Virus record (IMG/VR): IMGVR_UViG_3300032277_000056
Location: 1-29,547 of that record
Reading direction: 5' to 3' (one strand)
Length of the DNA stretch: 29,547 bases
Source: a virus
Lineage: Duplodnaviria; Caudoviricetes
Both the position numbers and the translations under genes were made by a program. Shown in pieces: positions 24,394-29,547 of this stretch. The notes under the pieces are model-generated. The model made no database searches, was not told the origin of the DNA, and saw only the letters and a program-made list of their open reading frames with translations. Numbering within the stretch: the first letter of the stretch is position 1; the number at the start of each line of letters is the position of its first letter.

Positions 24394-25877
24394 TTAAACT
24401 GCGCCCCTCTTATACTAAATTGTATTACAGTTGATAATGCACGCCCTGAGCCTGCCGCACTGAATTTAACATTCCTAGCAGCCGAAGCGCCCGCCCATTG
24501 TGCCTCGTCCCATGTTGCAGTGTCCCAATCTGGGCCTATAGGCTCACTCGTTGCTGTATTTGTAACAGATTTATCAATATAATCGTATCCAATCTCCGCA
24601 CCTAATGTAGATGAACCATCAAACAAATAAGTTATTGTTAAGTTTCTCACATTTTTAATATTTGATATACCAACTGTAGAATATGCTTGTTGAGCGATAC
24701 AGTTTATATTGCTTCCATTGTCATCAAAACCATCATCACCCTTATAAACAACACCATCACCGCCAAAATATAAGCCATTATTAAAGCTTGAAAAAACAGT
24801 TGCGTCCCAACCATCAAAAAAACTAGGTGCTTGTGTTTGGAATACCGATATGTATTGAAAATAATTACTATCATCAACCACAGGTACATTAACAATTAAC
24901 CACCCCTTATTATTGTAAATTGATAATTGCCAATCGTTATTTGAACCATACACATTAAATGCCTCTCGAATCGCACCACTTAATTTTGATGGTTTCAAAA
25001 GCACTGCTCCTGACTCACTAGAGGCGTTTATAGTATCACTTAGAGCTATAACATCTTGCCTAGTTAACACAATAATATCACCTGCAAACTCTATTGCTGA
25101 ACGTTTATTAATCGGAGCTGGTATAAAGTACCTACCAACTAAAGCCCAATCCGCAGCTGTGCCAGGGTCACTACCTTGGTAAACAATAACCTCTCCAGTG
25201 TCTAATATAAAGCAAGCATAATCATCTGGCCCACTTCCACCATCTCTTGATATAGATTTCATTATTAATAAGTTACCACCAGTTTTTGAAACTTGATTTA
25301 GTGGAAATTTAGTAAAAGCACCTTGAATGGCGTTAGTTGCACCATAATAAAAATTACCTGTATCACTGTCCCATACATACATTCTAGATTTATGAACATT
25401 AATTGCATCTACATTTGATGGACCGTCTGTGTTTAAATCACCAGAATAAACAGCGTCTATTGAAGTCGTGCCGTTGTATATTTGCGGTGTATCTGCTCCA
25501 TTTACCAAAACCATAGAGCCTGATAATTGCCCGCTTTCAAAATCTGTATTAGTAAAACCCGTCTTGACACTAGTTGCCGTTCCGCCACCAGTTCCAAGTG
25601 AATATAAAACCGTACCAGCGCCAACAACTAACTGTAATGTAGTAGTGGCCTTATACTCTGATAAATGGTTGACCGTTCCAGTCATTCCAGTTCCAAAACT
25701 TGTATAACCCTTTCTTGATATAATACCGTCTGGCTCTGATATTACATTTTTAAACTGCACAGCATCTTGCAAAGGCATAGCAGAGCGTGACTCTCTTGTA
25801 TTTAATCCACCGCTCGGCACTGGTATTTCTACTTGTCTTGCTGTTCCCCCTAATTGCTGTACAACTGCTTCTCTCAT
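24348..25877 (-). CDS. Tail nozzle / packaged-DNA stabilisation protein (P22 gp10-like role)
   Basis: PVPSGGLNTR start, beta-propeller-like composition, WD.A.WD.A.W near the C-terminus, synteny. Confidence 0.8.
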   Translation of the reverse strand: MREAVVQQLGGTARQVEIPVPSGGLNTRESRSAMPLQDAVQFKNVISEPDGIISRKGYTSFGTGMTGTVNHLSEYKATTTLQLVVGAGTVLYSLGTGGGTATSVKTGFTNTDFESGQLSGSMVLVNGADTPQIYNGTTSIDAVYSGDLNTDGPSNVDAINVHKSRMYVWDSDTGNFYYGATNAIQGAFTKFPLNQVSKTGGNLLIMKSISRDGGSGPDDYACFILDTGEVIVYQGSDPGTAADWALVGRYFIPAPINKRSAIEFAGDIIVLTRQDVIALSDTINASSESGAVLLKPSKLSGAIREAFNVYGSNNDWQLSIYNNKGWLIVNVPVVDDSNYFQYISVFQTQAPSFFDGWDATVFSSFNNGLYFGGDGVVYKGDDGFDDNGSNINCIAQQAYSTVGISNIKNVRNLTITYLFDGSSTLGAEIGYDYIDKSVTNTATSEPIGPDWDTATWDEAQWAGASAARNVKFSAAGSGRALSTVIQFSIRGAQFKWLGTNLSLEVQRMI

Positions 25878-26581
25878 TGTCCAATCCCCGTATCTGGTAA
25901 GTTAGGATTTCTAGTGTTAATATTATACTTAGGCCCAATAATTCTACTTGGCGTTTCAGCTGCCATTAAATCCTCTCTAGCATCTTCAAACTCCTTAAGC
26001 TCAACAGCTGCTGGCAATCCATCTCCTGCTTTAAGTTCGTATTTTAAACCTAATTCCATTAAGAACTCAGGGAATTTTACTAGGTCACTATCCTCTGTAA
26101 AAGCTGATTTACTTGTTGCCCCTGTTGAATCTGTTATCCATTGATTAGAAATATAATTAAATACAATTGTACTTCCGCTCTCATCAGGCGTTATTAAAAT
26201 ATTATTAGCTTGCTCCCTGTAATAGCGAATAATACCAACATTAGTAACAACTGAGCTTTTTAACACTTGCCATTCTTGTGGTGTTACTAAACCCATCTTG
26301 CGATAATTCGTTCTATCCCAATCGGTATCGTTTATATACCTTAGGAAATCATCATCTGTAAAAACATCGGAACGAGCATAAGAACCCGTCCCATCTGTTA
26401 CAAAAGTTTCTTCTTTTTGCAGTACTTGCCAGTCGTGCATAGCATAAAGCTTTTTACCCACCTTATTAAGTAATGCTAAAGCCTTCTTAACGTATTTATC
26501 ATCATTCCCCACTACTGTTTGAGGCTCTTCTCCTAGTAGTGTTTCGTTTGTTACGTTTTGTATTATTGTTAGTAGGCTCAT
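25874..26581 (-). CDS. Head-tail adaptor protein
   Basis: MSLLTIIQ...WQVLQKE...YISNQW...FTEDSD...N.PDTG; synteny. Confidence 0.78.
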   Translation of the reverse strand: MSLLTIIQNVTNETLLGEEPQTVVGNDDKYVKKALALLNKVGKKLYAMHDWQVLQKEETFVTDGTGSYARSDVFTDDDFLRYINDTDWDRTNYRKMGLVTPQEWQVLKSSVVTNVGIIRYYREQANNILITPDESGSTIVFNYISNQWITDSTGATSKSAFTEDSDLVKFPEFLMELGLKYELKAGDGLPAAVELKEFEDAREDLMAAETPSRIIGPKYNINTRNPNLPDTGIGQ

Positions 26582-27101
26582 TTTCGCCCTCCAATTCTAA
26601 TTGTTTATTACCTTCTAGTAACTCAATCTTCTTTTCAAGTGCCTTAATAGTTTTTTCTAATTCTGAGGCGTAGCTTTCGCCTTTTATAAACTTCTCGGCT
26701 CTTTTTACTAAATCCCTACCTTCATATAAATTCTTTATAGCCTTCTCATGCAAACCAGCTAACTGCTCTATAGTTTCCACCTTTATAGCCCGTAAAGTAG
26801 AAGTTTGACCTGGTGTTATGCCTGGCAACATCTCAAGCGGTATTCCATTTTGCTTTGTTTCTTCACGATTTAAATAGTTATCATAATGAAACTTAAATCT
26901 TTCCCTATCCTTATCAGTCATAGGCCTTTCTGTTACTTGGTTTCTTTGGCCTGGTGCCATAATTGACACATATTCTATATCATCAAAAACTTGTTTATTC
27001 TCTTGCTCACTTTTAAACTTATTTAATTTCGCCTTCTTAAAAATCTTAACAGCTAACAACTTGTCGTGCTGCTCGTTCCAATCTCTCTTTCCATTATACA
27101 T
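26502..27101 (-). CDS. Conserved phage protein between capsid and adaptor
   Basis: VFDDIEYVSI..PG...GIPLE..P...VETIEQLA motif. Confidence 0.75.
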   Translation of the reverse strand: MYNGKRDWNEQHDKLLAVKIFKKAKLNKFKSEQENKQVFDDIEYVSIMAPGQRNQVTERPMTDKDRERFKFHYDNYLNREETKQNGIPLEMLPGITPGQTSTLRAIKVETIEQLAGLHEKAIKNLYEGRDLVKRAEKFIKGESYASELEKTIKALEKKIELLEGNKQLELEGENEPTNNNTKRNKRNTTRRRASNSSGE

Positions 27102-27116
27102 AATCCGCTCCTATTA

Positions 27117-27151
27117 TTAAAGTAAGGGCAGGGACAAAACGCCCCCACCCC
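27117..27151 (-). terminator. Terminator/attenuator after the capsid and decoration genes
   Basis: GGGTGGGGGC-GTTTT-GTCCCTGCCC followed by TTACTTT. Confidence 0.7.
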
Positions 27152-27157
27152 ATTAGT

Positions 27158-27619
27158 TTAGTGTGGGAAATGACACATAATTATATTTGCACTTGCATCT
27201 ATAGCAGTTGCACATATTGAGTCAGTTACCAACGCTGTTACGTCTAGCGTACCATCCGCTGCACCCGTAGGTGTTAGAGGGTCGCCATCAGCACCAGCTG
27301 TTAAAGCTATAGTTAGTGTTGCAAGTCCTGAAACTTGAACCCAACCATAAGTGCCATCAGTCAACGCTGCTTGTAATACACCAGCACCAACCTCATCACT
27401 ATCTGATAAATCAGAAGTAACAATAGTACCAGTTGCATCACCAACGGCAACAGTTGCATAGTAAGCAACCTCACCAGCTACAGCAGCCACAGCCGCAGTT
27501 GCAGCCTCATACTTTACGTATTTGTAAACTTTACCTGTGTCTTGTTGTGCAAGCTCGCCAAGTTTAAAAGCTGGGCTTGAATCAATAACAGTTAAATCTA
27601 CACCTATTTGATATCCCAT
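27158..27619 (-). CDS. Capsid decoration/cement protein
   Basis: FKLGE....GKVYKYVK...YGWVQVSG; directly after the capsid gene; AGGAGG RBS. Confidence 0.75.
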   Translation of the reverse strand: MGYQIGVDLTVIDSSPAFKLGELAQQDTGKVYKYVKYEAATAAVAAVAGEVAYYATVAVGDATGTIVTSDLSDSDEVGAGVLQAALTDGTYGWVQVSGLATLTIALTAGADGDPLTPTGAADGTLDVTALVTDSICATAIDASANIIMCHFPH

Positions 27620-27654
27620 GATATCCTCCTATTAATTAATTAATTAGTCTTACC

Positions 27655-28632
27655 TTAGTCCTTTAAAACTCCTTGCAAACTACGGTTTGAACAAGTCAAG
27701 TTACCCATAAATAGTATAGGCATAACCATAGCGTCCTGATTAATTGGCTTATCCATTTCACCCGGTGCAAAATTAGCTTGCTCATGGATATCAAAGAATA
27801 AATAATCAGTGTTCAAGAAATACATGTGATTAGCTGGTATATCGTTATCCAGGATAACTGGTACACCTAAGTAATCCAATGCTGCAAAACCACTAGAAGC
27901 CATCCTAGCAACAGAACCCTCACTAACGTTAATACGTTGAATAGTTTGAAGAGCTTGCTGATAGAAGTTGTAATAGTTTTGGTCACAAACAATAAGGTTA
28001 GGCTTATCAGTTCCACGAGTTAACTGATTATAAACCGTATTCATGTACTTAATGATGTTAGAAGCTGAAGCAGCTGCGCCACCATCTGTAGTCGCATCAT
28101 AAGCAATGTTTCTCCAGAAAGTTTGCACAGAAGCGTCAATACCGCCAACCGTTCCAGTTGTAGGGTCATCAGCAACAATTAGCTGTAGTCCACCAATCTG
28201 TTTACCAGCACTACCTGTACCATCAGAATATAAGCCAGTGTTAATATTATTAGCCATAGTCATCATAGCAACTTTAGTTCTTGAAGTCACTAGGTCTATA
28301 ATTTGCGACTCTCCGCTGTTTTGTCTGCGTTCAAGCCCTGAAATAGTTATATTTACGGCTGCTTGTTTCCAGTCATAGTTAGCTGAAGTTAGCGTATCAC
28401 TTGCAGAAACATCTAAAGTTTCATAACCAGTATAATATTGGAATGTAGAGTTTTCTGCATACGCCAATTGACGCTGTATAGACTCACCACCTGATTTTAA
28501 CTGAACACCACCTTTATCTTTTAATGCAGTTAGTAGTGCATTTTTATCGGTAACATTATCCGCAAAATCCCCTTGAAAATCTCTCAATGTACTTGAAAGA
28601 ATTTCAGTAAAAGTACTATTTGGAATAACCAT
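27655..28632 (-). CDS. Major capsid protein
   Basis: ADNVT..NALL..LK...SGGESI...YDWKQAA...YSDGT...PANHMYFLNT.YL...GNLTCSNRSLQGVL. Confidence 0.92.
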   Translation of the reverse strand: MVIPNSTFTEILSSTLRDFQGDFADNVTDKNALLTALKDKGGVQLKSGGESIQRQLAYAENSTFQYYTGYETLDVSASDTLTSANYDWKQAAVNITISGLERRQNSGESQIIDLVTSRTKVAMMTMANNINTGLYSDGTGSAGKQIGGLQLIVADDPTTGTVGGIDASVQTFWRNIAYDATTDGGAAASASNIIKYMNTVYNQLTRGTDKPNLIVCDQNYYNFYQQALQTIQRINVSEGSVARMASSGFAALDYLGVPVILDNDIPANHMYFLNTDYLFFDIHEQANFAPGEMDKPINQDAMVMPILFMGNLTCSNRSLQGVLKD

Positions 28633-28660
28633 TTTTAATCCTCCGCTTTAAGCTGAGATA

Positions 28661-29545
28661 TTAAGAACTAGCTTTATGCTCCCGCAACTTCTCCTTGAAC
28701 CTATCTTCAAAGCTCATTTTTCTAGGAGGCTGGGTTGCTACCTTTTTATTAGTTACACCTCTTGCTGCTTTTTTAGCTTGCGCCACTGCCTTCTTATCAG
28801 CTTCCATATCCTGCCTTGACTGCGCCTTTTGCTTTTCTTCTAAAGCCAACTCTCGCACAGTTGGAGTCATGTTATAAGCCTCTTCAAGCGTTTTCGCTTT
28901 TCCTTTTTGCAACAATATACCCATCTCATCTTTTACTTCTTTAAAAAGAGGGTATTTAGGCTCACCACTATCATCAATTGCAAATTCAAAGTCCTTAATC
29001 TGCTTAGCAATATATGCATCTTCACTTGCTGCTGATTTTGTTTCGCTTTGCGTCTTGTTGTTTTTTAGGTCTGCTATTTCTTTTCGCATCTCAGCGATTG
29101 TTTTATCATAATCAACAATACTATCATCATCGTTAGTATTGCCAGTAATTAAGCTAGGGTCGACTTTATAAGCCTCCATTAGCTTCTTTATAGTATCAGC
29201 TGGATTTGTTATTAGACTTTGCTCAACATTTAATAACCTTCTAACATAAGTAGGCTCGTCAATGCCACGCTGTCTTAACGCTTCCTTAGCTCTCGTATCA
29301 AATACATCATCCCATATACTCACCTTCTTAGCGTATTCAGCACGCTCACCAGCTTTCTTGTGATAATCCTTTCGTAAGTTCTCATACCTTTCAATAAAAG
29401 CTTCCGCAGCTTCTTTTGTATCTGGATTCTCTAAGGCATCTTCGAACTTCTTTTTTTCTGATGCTGTCCATTCTTTAGGTATTAACTTAAACTCTTCTTC
29501 TTGCTCTTGAGGCTCTTCTTCTTTTACCTCTTCAGTAGCCTCTTC
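28661..29545 (-). CDS. Scaffolding protein, 5'-truncated by the window
   Basis: The frame stays open from the track's GTG at 29323 to the window end (EEATEEVKEEEPQEQEEEFKLIPKEWTASEKKKF...); acidic coil upstream of the capsid gene. Confidence 0.82.
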   Translation of the reverse strand, partial: EEATEEVKEEEPQEQEEEFKLIPKEWTASEKKKFEDALENPDTKEAAEAFIERYENLRKDYHKKAGERAEYAKKVSIWDDVFDTRAKEALRQRGIDEPTYVRRLLNVEQSLITNPADTIKKLMEAYKVDPSLITGNTNDDDSIVDYDKTIAEMRKEIADLKNNKTQSETKSAASEDAYIAKQIKDFEFAIDDSGEPKYPLFKEVKDEMGILLQKGKAKTLEEAYNMTPTVRELALEEKQKAQSRQDMEADKKAVAQAKKAARGVTNKKVATQPPRKMSFEDRFKEKLREHKASS

Positions 29546-29547
29546 AA

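Noticed and set aside
18662-28877. Plus-strand ORFs within the late operon (e.g. 21111-21809, 21728-22258, 19815-20195)
   Set aside because: Antisense shadows of well-supported structural genes, without RBS or motifs
1-29547. Stop-codon reassignment
   Set aside because: Genes are full length and tightly packed under the standard code; TAA, TAG and TGA all end credible genes

Overview
A 29.5-kb, AT-rich fragment of a tailed dsDNA phage with podovirus-type morphogenesis genes. The SSB and one XRE regulator look alphaproteobacterial, so the host is probably a low-GC alphaproteobacterium (inference). Layout: (1) leftward replication operon, 1-4818, with an NTGxx pentapeptide-repeat protein, XRE regulators, a replication initiator, a separately encoded primase zinc finger and a Twinkle/T7 gp4-like TOPRIM-helicase; (2) short rightward SSB operon; (3) leftward recombination operon with Cro-like HTH, Erf, Ref-like HNH and NinB-like genes; (4) rightward cluster of small early genes ending near a VRR-NUC nuclease; (5) leftward late operon with scaffold (truncated by the window edge), major capsid, decoration, adaptor, tail nozzle, GNAT, three putative ejection proteins, tail fibres, an alpha/beta esterase and lysis genes. 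No terminase, portal, integrase, tRNA or CRISPR array is visible. The features least explained by the gene list are non-coding: a ~375-nt structured + strand RNA candidate (about 6415-6792) with a perfect -10 box and its own terminator, a ~65-nt sRNA candidate on the other side of the ninB-like gene, and a three-way-junction leader whose loop is complementary to the initiator RBS. All structures were paired by eye and no searches were run.
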